A stretch of DNA of 64,000 nucleotides from an uncultured virus (IMG/VR IMGVR_UViG_3300034418_003291) (lineage: Duplodnaviria > Heunggongvirae > Uroviricota > Caudoviricetes), in IMG/VR virus record IMGVR_UViG_3300034418_003291; one strand, written 5' to 3'. A program made the position numbers and the translations under genes. The notes under the pieces are model-generated. The model saw only the letters and a list, made by a program, of their open reading frames with translations, searched no databases and had not been told where the DNA came from. Positions 22,265 to 32,304 of this stretch are shown one piece after another. Every line of letters begins with the position of its first letter. Position 1 is the first letter of the stretch.

Positions 22265-22289
22265 GAATTTTTCAGGCGTTATAAACGCA

Positions 22290-22297
22290 TATAAATA
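22290..22297 (+). promoter_or_regulatory. T4-consensus late promoter TATAAATA
   Basis: Exact T4 late consensus 12 nt upstream of the scaffold gene ATG. Confidence 0.7.
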
Positions 22298-22309
22298 GAT
22301 AAATTAGCT

Positions 22310-22918
22310 ATGGCAAACAAAATAGACCAAATCGTTTCAGTCCTCAGTGAAGGTGTTACTGAGGAGAGTATCAATAAGGTCGTTCGTTTGGTTGACCAGA
22401 TTGTTGAAGAGCGCGTTGAAGAGGCTAACAAACTCATGGAAGCCCGTGTCGCTGCGTTCGTTCGCAACAAGGTCGAGAGTCTGAAGGACGTTGCCAGAGA
22501 AGAAGTCCTCGCTGAGAGCGGTACTGCAAGAGAACTAGAATTGTTCCGTGCTATCAAGACTCTCGTAGCTTCAGAGATCGCTGGCGAGGATATCGAGAAC
22601 ATGGCTGCAACCTACGAGAAAGAGATCGAAGGTTTGCAGGAATCTGTTCAATCTCTCAACACCAAGCTAGACGAACAACTACAGAGAAACACGCTTCTAG
22701 AAGAGCAAAACGAAGTTCTAAACGAGTCAGTAATTGACGCAGAACACGCAAAGAATCTTTTAGAGGCCAAACTCGGTTCCGAATTCCACGGTTCCGATGC
22801 AGCCGAGGTCGTGACTAACGATCCTGACCGTCCCTCAGTGAGTGAGGCTGCATTACACAATCGCTTCCTAACCGAAGACGTTATCGGTCTTTCTCGTATC
22901 AATCGAGGTATAATCTAA
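22310..22918 (+). CDS. gp22: Prohead scaffolding (core) protein
   Basis: Glu-rich coiled coil between protease and major capsid genes. Confidence 0.75.
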   Translation: MANKIDQIVSVLSEGVTEESINKVVRLVDQIVEERVEEANKLMEARVAAFVRNKVESLKDVAREEVLAESGTARELELFRAIKTLVASEIAGEDIENMAATYEKEIEGLQESVQSLNTKLDEQLQRNTLLEEQNEVLNESVIDAEHAKNLLEAKLGSEFHGSDAAEVVTNDPDRPSVSEAALHNRFLTEDVIGLSRINRGII

Positions 22919-24432
22919 TGCTTACAGAAACAACTAATCCGCTAGTTCAAAAGTGGGAGCCAATTTTGGAGGGCATCGATGATGCCGCAATTAGAGAAAC
23001 TACGGCAACCCTTCTTGAGAACCAAGCCCGTTCAATACTTAACGAGTATGAGAAAGAGCATGGTCAGGTTCTTGAGGAGCAAACTTTCGTAGGTAACCTA
23101 GGTACTTTCCAAAAGTTCGCATTCCCAATCGTTCGCAGGGTCTTCCCTGAACTAATTGCTAACAAGATCTGTGGTGTTCAGCCCATGCAAGGTCCAGTCA
23201 GCCAAGTATTCTACCTTGGCTTTACTCGTCAGTATGGTGCAACTCCAGATAAGGATACTGCTTACAGCCGTTTCAACCTAACTTACGGTGGTCGTACTCC
23301 AGTTGCTAACTCAGATGGTGGCATCGATATCGACGCTGGTGTATCAAGCTATGACCAGCTAGGTTTCTCCGCCCAGGGTTCAAACGATATGACCGCAGCT
23401 TCAGGCACTGTCGGTGGTCAAATCGCAAACTGGCCGAGTTCAGTAAACGCTGACTACATCGGTGCTAAGTTCAACGTAAGTGCTGGTGAGCGTTTGGCAG
23501 GTACTGCAATTCCTGAGCTAAACCTCCACATCGAGCAGCAAGCTGTAACCGCTAGAACCAGAAAGTTCCGCGCTCTCTGGACCCTAGAGGCTTCACAGGA
23601 CCTTCGTGCTTATCACAACCTCGATCTAGAGCGTGAGCTAACTGACCTTCTCTCAAAGGAAGTTCAGCTTGAGATTGACCGAGAGCTAATCGAAGATATT
23701 CGTTATCTTGCCTACGACTACGCTACTGGTGGCGGCTTCAACCGCGAAACCCTCAAGCAGCCAAACGCTAACGACTTTGGTACTGATGGTGTTGACTTCA
23801 CCCCCGGCAACTTCCTATACGAAGTAAACGGTGGTTCAGGCGATACCGTAGACGGTACTTCCGATCCTGCTGGCACTGATCGCAACGTCTTCCTTGTTGA
23901 CTTTGCTTCAACTGCACTCGGTCTAGCTCCTCGTCACGTTGGCGAAGTCTACGCTAACCTGCTCGCAGCAATTAACTTTGCTTCACAGGATATCTACAAG
24001 ACTACTCTCCGTGGTGGTGCTAACTTCATCGTTACTTCACCTTTCCTCGCTGCTGCTCTCTTCTCAGCTTCCAAGCTAGAAGGTGGTGCACCAGCGGCTG
24101 AGATCGGCACTCTAGGTGCTTCAATCCAGTACAAGGGTAAGTTCCAGGGTCAGTACGACGTTTACGTCGATCCACTCTACCCCGATGACGAGATTCTAAT
24201 GGGTTACAAGGGTAATTCACCCATGGACGCAGGTTATGTTTACGCTCCGTACATCCCAATCCAGATGCTACCAAACGTAACCGATCCAGAGACCTTCCAG
24301 CCCAGAAAGGGTTTGCTTACCCGCTACGGTAAGGTCGCTGTTTCACCTGAGTCACGATTCTACAGAATCATCCGTGTAGTCGGTAGCTCTGCTAACTTCC
24401 TACTCGCACCATTCGCCAAGCCTACCCGCTAA
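22918..24432 (+). CDS. gp23: Major capsid protein
   Basis: KWEPIL, LLENQ, GVQPMQGP, EIDRE, YAPYIP, FQPRKGLLTRYG: T4 gp23 family hallmarks. Confidence 0.97.
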   Translation: MLTETTNPLVQKWEPILEGIDDAAIRETTATLLENQARSILNEYEKEHGQVLEEQTFVGNLGTFQKFAFPIVRRVFPELIANKICGVQPMQGPVSQVFYLGFTRQYGATPDKDTAYSRFNLTYGGRTPVANSDGGIDIDAGVSSYDQLGFSAQGSNDMTAASGTVGGQIANWPSSVNADYIGAKFNVSAGERLAGTAIPELNLHIEQQAVTARTRKFRALWTLEASQDLRAYHNLDLERELTDLLSKEVQLEIDRELIEDIRYLAYDYATGGGFNRETLKQPNANDFGTDGVDFTPGNFLYEVNGGSGDTVDGTSDPAGTDRNVFLVDFASTALGLAPRHVGEVYANLLAAINFASQDIYKTTLRGGANFIVTSPFLAAALFSASKLEGGAPAAEIGTLGASIQYKGKFQGQYDVYVDPLYPDDEILMGYKGNSPMDAGYVYAPYIPIQMLPNVTDPETFQPRKGLLTRYGKVAVSPESRFYRIIRVVGSSANFLLAPFAKPTR

Positions 24433-24448
24433 TAGGTGAATGATCTAA

Positions 24449-24482
24449 AATAGCCTGTTCCTCAAAAGGGGAACAGGCTATT
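24449..24482 (+). terminator. Stem-loop after gp23 (likely intrinsic terminator)
   Basis: AATAGCCTGTTCC / GGAACAGGCTATT 13-bp inverted repeat followed by T-rich sequence. Confidence 0.75.
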
Positions 24483-24507
24483 ATCTGTTTATGCCCAAAT
24501 AATTTCT

Positions 24508-24515
24508 CTATATAA
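24508..24515 (+). promoter_or_regulatory. Putative late promoter CTATATAA
   Basis: 6 nt before ATG 24522; same motif and spacing at 29135 and 54207. Confidence 0.55.
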
Positions 24516-24521
24516 CTTAGG

Positions 24522-25430
24522 ATGGCAAGTTTCGATACATTTTTGGATGCTGATTATATCACTCCATCTACGAGGTTCGGCATTACATTTGGTAAGCTGA
24601 AAGGCACTGCAAACAGCTTGCAGTCATCCGCAATTGAAACTCCTGGCGAAATAGACTACGATAGTCTAAACAGAAGAAGATTCTCCGACACAGTTGCTTT
24701 TCAGGACTTCTACCAGTCAATTGCTGACTTTGTAAAGGCTAGGCTAGGACATCCTGTTGTAAGGGTAGAGCTTGCAGACTTTCAGATTGCGACAGCCATT
24801 GATGAGGCTATCAGCAAGCTAGACTACCATGCTCCTGATTGGTGTCTAAACTACTGTACCTTTACCACACAAGCTGGAATAGCTTACTACAAGCTGCCAA
24901 AGTTTGTGATGAACAATCTACAACTTGCCACCTATAAGAAGACCTTGTTGGCAATCAACCAGCAGAACGGAACACTTGAGTTCGACTTCTGGCTAAAGTA
25001 TTTCCAAGACTTTTTTGTATACGATAATTTCTATGTAGGGGATTTGTATATCATGCAATCCTACCTAAAGGAAATTAGAAAGGTTCTCGGCAAGGACGGT
25101 ATGTTCCGTGTAGTAGACGGGCAGTTCCTGTTCATCACTCCTACTCCTTTAGGGGACACCGACTCTGAGGATGTAGTGGTCATGTTTAAGTCACTGAACT
25201 CAGACACTTTACACCACTACTACATTAGCTGGATTCAGAGATTCTCACTAGCGGTGTGTAAAGGCATTCTGGGAGAGATCAGAGGCAAATACGCCCAACT
25301 CCCTTCGCCTACAGGAGGAGCAGTCCTAAACGGTCAGGCTCTTATCCAAGAATCTGCCAATGAGCAGCAAATACTAATAGAACAGCTATTGACAGAAATA
25401 GAAGAGCCTCCAACATTCTCAATCTTCTAA
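24522..25430 (+). CDS. gp13: Neck protein (head-tail connector)
   Basis: RLGHPVVRVEL..Q...AIDEA and GEIRGKY..LP.P.GG..LNG..L..E motifs. Confidence 0.85.
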   Translation: MASFDTFLDADYITPSTRFGITFGKLKGTANSLQSSAIETPGEIDYDSLNRRRFSDTVAFQDFYQSIADFVKARLGHPVVRVELADFQIATAIDEAISKLDYHAPDWCLNYCTFTTQAGIAYYKLPKFVMNNLQLATYKKTLLAINQQNGTLEFDFWLKYFQDFFVYDNFYVGDLYIMQSYLKEIRKVLGKDGMFRVVDGQFLFITPTPLGDTDSEDVVVMFKSLNSDTLHHYYISWIQRFSLAVCKGILGEIRGKYAQLPSPTGGAVLNGQALIQESANEQQILIEQLLTEIEEPPTFSIF

Positions 25431-26164
25431 TGTCTAAGTTCCACAATCTTTACTCAAAAACTTACATGGACGTAAAGGAGGAGCTTCTCCAGTTTGAGAA
25501 AAACAACAGGTATACTGCGGACTTCTTCAGAGATCTCACTAAAGCCATGATAGGTAATCTAAAAGATCTCTACGTTATCGATCAAGACGAAAAGGTTAAT
25601 GACGAGATAGAGGTTATTTTTGGTAATCAGGAAAGGGCTGTAGCAAAGATGAATGAAGACAGAACCCTAAAGCTCCCTCTAGTCTCTGTTACCATAGCTG
25701 GCAATGTTCCTACTTTTGAACGAAAAAGACCAGACTTCAACCTGATAACAGAAAGAATCTTCGTTAGATCTGAGAGAAGAGCCTATCGCTTGGTAAGTTT
25801 TTCTCCTAAACCAGTAGATCTAGTTTTCCGTATAAACCTATATTCAAAATACTTGGAAGACCTAAACCAGCTTACCGAACAGATTGAAGATAAGTTTCAA
25901 CCGTTCCTTAGGCTAGAGACCAAAAACGGTAACTCAACACACGCCTTCATAGACAGTTCTACAGATCAGTCTGCTTTTAGCGTAGCTGACAGACAGGATA
26001 GAATCGTTCAGAAATCTTTCTCTATTACCGCTCAAGGGTACATCCCTAGACCTAAGTTTATTTTAGCCTCTAATGGCAAGCTTAAACCCCTTAGCGGTGA
26101 CAGGCTAGAGCGTGAGATTGTTGAAAGTATAGCTCAAGATCCAGAGCCCCGTTTAAATTTCTAA
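25430..26164 (+). CDS. gp15: Tail terminator / sheath stabiliser, gp15-like
   Basis: LPLVS, P.PVDL.F.INLYSKY.EDLNQL.EQI...FQP pattern; between neck and sheath. Confidence 0.7.
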   Translation: MSKFHNLYSKTYMDVKEELLQFEKNNRYTADFFRDLTKAMIGNLKDLYVIDQDEKVNDEIEVIFGNQERAVAKMNEDRTLKLPLVSVTIAGNVPTFERKRPDFNLITERIFVRSERRAYRLVSFSPKPVDLVFRINLYSKYLEDLNQLTEQIEDKFQPFLRLETKNGNSTHAFIDSSTDQSAFSVADRQDRIVQKSFSITAQGYIPRPKFILASNGKLKPLSGDRLEREIVESIAQDPEPRLNF

Positions 26165-26267
26165 ACAAAGAATAGTATTAAAGACAGACGATTCTGATAT
26201 TTACGGCTAACTTCCTGAAAAATCCTTGGACTGTAGCCAGTATATAGATAAATAAATAGAGATTACA

Positions 26268-26588
26268 ATGTTTGAGCCTGTAACCATCAATTCTTCAACT
26301 CTCAGGGGAGGTCACTATAGACTTCCTCCTGCATCTAGGATAGTTTTGGAGGAGATTCCTGGTAAGACCAAGAAGAGCCAACCCAAAATTGTCCAAACAG
26401 AAGTAAAAACAGTGGTGGAAATTCAGAATCTTTCTCAGCAAAACATCGAGATAATCATGATCGAAGGATCAGAGCCAAAGCATTACGCTTTGACCGCTGG
26501 GGGAGTTCTGACTGTCCCATATTCAGATCTATCAACGTCCACAAGGAACCTCATCTCAAGAGGTATGTTACAGGTAATCTACAAGTAG
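26268..26588 (+). CDS. Hypothetical protein
   Basis: 106-aa ORF preceded by ATAAATAG; precedes sheath. Confidence 0.55.
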   Translation: MFEPVTINSSTLRGGHYRLPPASRIVLEEIPGKTKKSQPKIVQTEVKTVVEIQNLSQQNIEIIMIEGSEPKHYALTAGGVLTVPYSDLSTSTRNLISRGMLQVIYK

Positions 26589-26598
26589 GGGAAAATAA

Positions 26599-29130
26599 AT
26601 GGTTAATTTTGTAAGTCCAGGAGTTTACACAGTCGAGAAAGATTTCTCTGACTATATTCCAGCAATTAATCCTAGTGTTGTTGGTGCTGTCGGCTTTGCA
26701 TCCAGAGGTCCTATAAACGACCCGACATTAGTAACGGATGCTGGCAACCTTTTAGAAGTTTTTGGTAGACCTGATCAAACAACTGGTGGTCAGGGTCTAT
26801 GGGGTGCATACAATATCTTGGAGAGAACTAACTCCATGTATTTTGTTCGCGCTGCCACTGAAGCCGCTTCATCAGCATTTATTACTGTTCCTCCAGGAAC
26901 TCCTGCTGTTGTAAACGTTTCAGGTCTAGACGGCGACCTCTATCAGCACGTTTTCTTTGTCGATCTTTATAACGGCACTACCGGAGCAAAGACTACTGAT
27001 TCCCCTTACGTCTTTGTTATACCAAAAGGTTCAAACGTTGCTTCCTCAATGGAAGTTCTCAACAACAAGTACGTTACAGAAGAGTTTGAAGTAACGGTAG
27101 AAAAAATCTCAGCCGATCACGCTGCTTTTGTAACTAAAGCTGCTGGCGATGATCAGGTAATGCAAGTTAGAACTTATGCTTGTAGCTCAACTGATGGTTT
27201 CTCTTCATTCACCGCTGATCTTGCCGCTGGTGGCAACGGTCTCCCAATGAGAGGTGACGGAGGAACTTATGCTGTTCCTGTAGAAAGCGATGTTGTCACT
27301 GAAGTTGGCAGTGTTTTTGCGGGAGACCTTTCAAGCTATGTTACCTACTTAGGCGTAAAAGGTTATACCGATGCCTCAGACCAAAGCGTCAGTGGTATTT
27401 CAGGAATGAAAATTTTCGGAAACCCATCCTGGTCTGTCTTTGACGATACCGCAAGCATTCCTGATGGATACTTTACCGCTTCAGGGTCTATTGCCATTAA
27501 CCAGTATACTCTAAGATTACTTGAAAATACTTTAGCGACAAGCTTAGAGGACAGCGTCCCAGCAGGTCTTAGAAGTGCTATTGCTTCGGTTCCTTTCATC
27601 GATAGTAACCAATATTTAAACTGGGTAGGTCCAGTAGCCTGTTCAACGGGTAACAGGTACTCTCTCAGTGGGACTGACGGTGGTGGTCTAACCTTCTATT
27701 CTCTGCATCCTGGTGCTGGCTACAACTATGCCGTATCCTCCACCAACCAAGGCAATAAGACTTACGGTTTGAGAACTGTTGTCTCAGGCAGAAGAGGTAA
27801 AGATTCAACCGTTCAGGTTCAATTAGATGGTGCAACAGCCGAAAGCTACTTAGTAGACTTCCAGTCAAACTCTGATGCATCAGGAACTTCTGTAAACAAA
27901 GTTCTTAACTTCAACACCTACAACAACGAAAACACTTCCGATGATTACTATGTCGCTTATAACAAGCTCGCGACAGAAGTAACTTCTGGTGTACCTTCAA
28001 CCTCTGTTGCCAAGGCAAGCTTTGAAGTTCCCACAGCTTACAGCGGCGTTACCGTAATTAGAAGTTACTGGGGCGGTACTGCTTCAAACCCGATTACAAG
28101 ATTCGGTTTAGCACCAACAACAGTTGCACAAGATCTTGAGCAAAGATATGTTAAGCTTGCAGACGGTACTTACGATCTAGCCCAAGGTGTAAACGGTGAT
28201 GCTGCTGACCACGGCGGAAGTATGTCAGACGCTTCCGTTAAAGCAGCGTTTATCGGCAGCCAAGAGGCAAGAACTGGTATGCAAGGCTTCAGAGATGATA
28301 CCCTAAACATCAGTATGCTCGCCATCCCAGGTGTAACCGAGCAAAACATCATCAATGCGGCAGTATCCCTGTCAGAAGAGACCCAAAACTTCTTGCTGGC
28401 TACTGCACCTCCTGTCGGTCTAGCTTCTGTACAAGAGGCTATCAACTGGCATAACGGCGACGATGCTACAAGATCAACTTCACTAAACAGTTCCTACGCA
28501 ACCGTAACTTGGCCTTGGATAAAAGTATTCAACGTCTTTACAGGTGCTGATGAGTACATCGACCCCGCAGTCTTTGCGATCAGACAGTACGCCTTCACCG
28601 ATCAGGTAGCTGACCCATGGGTAGCCCCTGCTGGCTTCACAAGAGGCAGATTGGTCAAGCCCGTAGATGTCGAGTTCGTACTCAACCAAGGCGACAGAGA
28701 CGCTCTATACAGCGGTGGAAACGTGATTAACCCAATCGTTAAGTTCCCTCAGCAAGGTCTAGTACTCTTCGGTCAAAGAACTACTCAGAGAGCCCCCACT
28801 GCCCTAGACAGAATCAACGTTCGCAGACTAATGATCTCCTTGAGAAAGGCTATCCTAGCAGGAACAAATAGATTCGTCTTTGAGCCAAACGATGCTGTAA
28901 CCAGAAGAAGAGTCACCGAAGCTCTTCAACCTCTCCTCCAGGAGATCAAGGACCGTCGCGGTATAACTGCCTTCAAGGTTATCTGCGACGAGACTGTCAA
29001 CACTCCAATACGAATCGACAGAAACGAACTTTGGTGCAAGGTCATTATCCAACCCACTAAGGCTGCTGAAATCGTAGTGTTTGAGTTCAATGTAACTAAC
29101 CAGACTGGCGGTATTGCCGCAGTAGAATAA
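26599..29130 (+). CDS. gp18: Tail sheath protein with large central insertion
   Basis: FVSPGVYTVEKD, PWVAPAGFTRG, INPIV.F...G...FGQRT, ALDRINVRRL, FEPND. Confidence 0.96.
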   Translation: MVNFVSPGVYTVEKDFSDYIPAINPSVVGAVGFASRGPINDPTLVTDAGNLLEVFGRPDQTTGGQGLWGAYNILERTNSMYFVRAATEAASSAFITVPPGTPAVVNVSGLDGDLYQHVFFVDLYNGTTGAKTTDSPYVFVIPKGSNVASSMEVLNNKYVTEEFEVTVEKISADHAAFVTKAAGDDQVMQVRTYACSSTDGFSSFTADLAAGGNGLPMRGDGGTYAVPVESDVVTEVGSVFAGDLSSYVTYLGVKGYTDASDQSVSGISGMKIFGNPSWSVFDDTASIPDGYFTASGSIAINQYTLRLLENTLATSLEDSVPAGLRSAIASVPFIDSNQYLNWVGPVACSTGNRYSLSGTDGGGLTFYSLHPGAGYNYAVSSTNQGNKTYGLRTVVSGRRGKDSTVQVQLDGATAESYLVDFQSNSDASGTSVNKVLNFNTYNNENTSDDYYVAYNKLATEVTSGVPSTSVAKASFEVPTAYSGVTVIRSYWGGTASNPITRFGLAPTTVAQDLEQRYVKLADGTYDLAQGVNGDAADHGGSMSDASVKAAFIGSQEARTGMQGFRDDTLNISMLAIPGVTEQNIINAAVSLSEETQNFLLATAPPVGLASVQEAINWHNGDDATRSTSLNSSYATVTWPWIKVFNVFTGADEYIDPAVFAIRQYAFTDQVADPWVAPAGFTRGRLVKPVDVEFVLNQGDRDALYSGGNVINPIVKFPQQGLVLFGQRTTQRAPTALDRINVRRLMISLRKAILAGTNRFVFEPNDAVTRRRVTEALQPLLQEIKDRRGITAFKVICDETVNTPIRIDRNELWCKVIIQPTKAAEIVVFEFNVTNQTGGIAAVE

Positions 29131-29134
29131 ACCA

Positions 29135-29142
29135 CTATATAA
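29135..29142 (+). promoter_or_regulatory. Putative late promoter CTATATAA
   Basis: 6 nt before tail tube ATG. Confidence 0.55.
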
Positions 29143-29148
29143 AGTAGA

Positions 29149-29811
29149 ATGGTCTTCAACATAGATTCAGTAGACGAGTTCTTCAGACAAACTGAAAGAG
29201 CCCTTGACATCGACATTACTGATGGTCACAGACTCGTACACCAATACGATTCTTTTAGAGCTTATAGCTGGATTGTCAGAATCCCTGATATCAGCGAGCT
29301 TGTTCAAAATGTCGAGAACACCTTCAACTTCTCAGACGGTAATGACATCCTATCCCTAGCTGCAAAAAAGATCTCAGGTCTATCTTTCGCCGTAGGTGTC
29401 ATCCAAGCTGACAAAGTAAACGATAAGTTCCACTATCCTGGCAGACCGACAACTAACCCTGTCACCTTCACATTCGATAACCTTCTAAAGGGCGATGTTG
29501 AAAAACTTCTGTACACTTGGATGAGAACTTCATACGACCCAATCTTTGGTGTCCATTCCTCACCCGTTGTAGCTGGCGATCAGTTCAAGAGAACCATCGA
29601 GATCATCCAACTCGATCACCAAAGAAACCCTGCCAAGCTAATCAAGCTCTACGGTGCTTTCCCAACTAAGTACCAGATTCAGGATCTAGATTACGCCAAC
29701 GACGCATTCAACACCATTGAGTGCGAGGTCAAGTATGACTTCATGACCGTTTACAACGTCGAGGACAACGCCTTTGAGAACTTCCTCGGGTCAATCATAC
29801 CGGGACTATAA
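29149..29811 (+). CDS. gp19: Tail tube protein
   Basis: YPGR, W....YDP, QLD, LYGAFP...DLDY motifs; follows sheath. Confidence 0.85.
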   Translation: MVFNIDSVDEFFRQTERALDIDITDGHRLVHQYDSFRAYSWIVRIPDISELVQNVENTFNFSDGNDILSLAAKKISGLSFAVGVIQADKVNDKFHYPGRPTTNPVTFTFDNLLKGDVEKLLYTWMRTSYDPIFGVHSSPVVAGDQFKRTIEIIQLDHQRNPAKLIKLYGAFPTKYQIQDLDYANDAFNTIECEVKYDFMTVYNVEDNAFENFLGSIIPGL

Positions 29812-29837
29812 AATTAAAATAATTTTTCAATAACTTA

Positions 29838-29868
29838 GGCTCCTCATTCTTATATTAGATGGGGAGCC
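29838..29868 (+). terminator. Stem-loop between tube gene and 808-aa gene (terminator or RBS-sequestering hairpin)
   Basis: GGCTCCTCAT(T)CT / AGATGGGGAGCC stem, loop TATATT; 3' arm contains GGGGAG. Confidence 0.55.
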
Positions 29869-29877
29869 ATATTTACT

Positions 29878-32304
29878 ATGGGCGACATTCTAAACTACTT
29901 CCATAAGAACTACCAGAAGGTAGGGGTCAATCTATTTGAAGGCAGGACCGACTTCAATAAATACTTTCCTAAGAAAGCAGACGGAACATCACTAGGTCCA
30001 GAAGATTACCAACAGATCCTAACCGCTGCTACGTCGCCCGTCAGCCAGCCTACAGAAGAGATAGCAAAGCAAAACTCAGAGGCTGGCAATCCGTATGTGT
30101 TCTTCACCTATCCGAATTCATTTGGTGATCCTAGATATATATTCAAGGACGGAGCAGGAACGATTCATGGCTTTAAGGGCAGGGTCATTGACAAGTCTTT
30201 CTACGATATGATTGTAGCTGAGATACAAAGAAGAATAAAGGATAAAGAGATAGCAGACGAAGCTCCGCCTGACATTGTTTCTACCGAGGAGCAAGAGAAG
30301 CTAAATACTGAAACCATACAACATCAAGCATATGAATTCACAGACGAAGAGAAAGCAGAGGCAGCACAAGCCCTAAAGAAATCTGGGGTTGAAGACCTTG
30401 ACGATCCAGATAAAGCAGTAGAGCAGTTTGCAGCATTTCTAACAGAAGATCCAAATAACCTGACAGGGTTCAACGCAAAGTTCTGGAAGTCTGTGTACGG
30501 CTCTGCACAAACCAGAGATCTTCCCCCAGCAGTTCAGAAAGAACTCTTTGATATCCATATAGATTACTACAAGATTGCATCTCTAGTTGATGACAACGGA
30601 GTAATTCGACAAGAAGATTTAACTGAGAGAATGAAGGATGTTCTAGAGACAACTTACTCAAGAGACTCTTGCAAAGCTTTGTGGGCGGGAAGCTTTTCTA
30701 GTAGGTCAGCAGCACTCCAAAGAATAGCCCCATCTTACGCAGGTTGGTTTGACGGACTAGATCCAACTGGAGACCGTGAGATAGATAACTACGGGTTTAG
30801 CGTGAAGAGAGGAGGTTCAAGCCTCAAAGCCATGAGACTTGGTAATCTGCAAGACAAGCTATGTGATGCAAAGATCGTTGATGGTTTGGGTAATGAAGAA
30901 CCTCTTGTAAAATCTTCAAGTTCTGAAGGCGGAGTAGCTCTTAGAGCAATAAAGACTAAAAAGGAAGATATTATTGTCAATGCTTTGAACCTCGCTATAA
31001 ACAGAAATCACTATAATGAGGAACAAACCCGCGAGGCAATTGAACAACTTACTGCTGCTGTCACGGATATCGTGAAGCAGTCCAAGCAAGTAGGCGAAGG
31101 GTTGGGGGTTCTTCTAGGAGAAAGCCAAGAAGCATTGGTAGGTGATTTACAGGAGATCTTAGGAGACTCCTTTGATGTTACGACAACCGAAGAAGCTGTG
31201 AAAAGCTTCCTGGCTGCTACTCTCAAGGAGACCTATGCTTTTGCTTCTCTTATAAAAAAGATTGGTATTGTCCCCGTAGAAGTTGTATCAACGGGAAGAT
31301 TCTCTTCTACCTCTAACAAGAGAGACTATCAATTTAAGTTCCAGACTCCAGAACAGGCAAGAGAATTTGAACAGAAGTATGAAAAAGCAACGGGCATAAA
31401 GTTAGATAAGACAGGAGAAACTTCAATCGGTGTTTCCGTAAAAGCGTATCTAAGCTCCTCTATGAAAGGTGGAACAGGATCTGTAAACAAGCTGTACGGA
31501 GCCTCAGAAAAAGCCCAAAGACTAAGACAAGAAAGAGATCAAGCCTTCTTCGATTCAACCGTCGCAGACCCAAAAAAGAGAGGAGATATTTATAGAAGCC
31601 TTATTGAAGGAAGGGAGATATACGACTCAATCGTCAGCCTCCCCATAAGACTAACTAGCGACCAATCCCTTTCCCCAGAGCAACTATCACACAGCCTTGA
31701 AACTATCGCTGGTGCTTTGACAAGCATGAAAGGAAAGAAGACAGATGTTGCTACCAACGTGCTTGTAAATAAAGCTTTAGCAATTTATAATGATTACCTT
31801 TCTAAAGGTCCGACTGATTCAAAGTCTTTGGGAGAGATAGGACACGTTCTCAGTAAGGCTATGAGAGTGTCAGAAGCATCAAAGAGTGAATCCAATCTAA
31901 GAGCCTTAGCTACCACTGAGTTCTTTGATAGTGTGTTTACCCCTGAAGATGAGATTGTATCTATATCCCACAACGGAAAGCAATACAACACATCTGCCCA
32001 TAAGCTAATGTTCTACATTCTTGAGAACGGAACACCTCGGATGAACAAGGAAGGAAACTTTTACTTTGAGATGGGAGGAGTCAATATTGGTTCCACCGCC
32101 TTCAGCAGAAAAGAAGGCAGAAACATTCTTGCGATGTCATTCAACGCAGAGGCACTTCTAGAAGATGGAATCCTCACAGAGATCGAAGGAGACAAAAAAG
32201 CTCTTCAAGCACTCGGTGAAATGAGATCCGAATTAGACAAAGAAGATGTCCTTGGAAAGTTTAATCAACTCATCGAATTGGTACAGAAAGCAATTACCGG
32301 GTAA
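29878..32304 (+). CDS. Hypothetical 808-aa protein (possible internal head protein; possible PD-(D/E)xK-like segment)
   Basis: Long ORF; N-terminal NLFE; KRD....GVSVK segment. Confidence 0.45.
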   Translation: MGDILNYFHKNYQKVGVNLFEGRTDFNKYFPKKADGTSLGPEDYQQILTAATSPVSQPTEEIAKQNSEAGNPYVFFTYPNSFGDPRYIFKDGAGTIHGFKGRVIDKSFYDMIVAEIQRRIKDKEIADEAPPDIVSTEEQEKLNTETIQHQAYEFTDEEKAEAAQALKKSGVEDLDDPDKAVEQFAAFLTEDPNNLTGFNAKFWKSVYGSAQTRDLPPAVQKELFDIHIDYYKIASLVDDNGVIRQEDLTERMKDVLETTYSRDSCKALWAGSFSSRSAALQRIAPSYAGWFDGLDPTGDREIDNYGFSVKRGGSSLKAMRLGNLQDKLCDAKIVDGLGNEEPLVKSSSSEGGVALRAIKTKKEDIIVNALNLAINRNHYNEEQTREAIEQLTAAVTDIVKQSKQVGEGLGVLLGESQEALVGDLQEILGDSFDVTTTEEAVKSFLAATLKETYAFASLIKKIGIVPVEVVSTGRFSSTSNKRDYQFKFQTPEQAREFEQKYEKATGIKLDKTGETSIGVSVKAYLSSSMKGGTGSVNKLYGASEKAQRLRQERDQAFFDSTVADPKKRGDIYRSLIEGREIYDSIVSLPIRLTSDQSLSPEQLSHSLETIAGALTSMKGKKTDVATNVLVNKALAIYNDYLSKGPTDSKSLGEIGHVLSKAMRVSEASKSESNLRALATTEFFDSVFTPEDEIVSISHNGKQYNTSAHKLMFYILENGTPRMNKEGNFYFEMGGVNIGSTAFSRKEGRNILAMSFNAEALLEDGILTEIEGDKKALQALGEMRSELDKEDVLGKFNQLIELVQKAITG

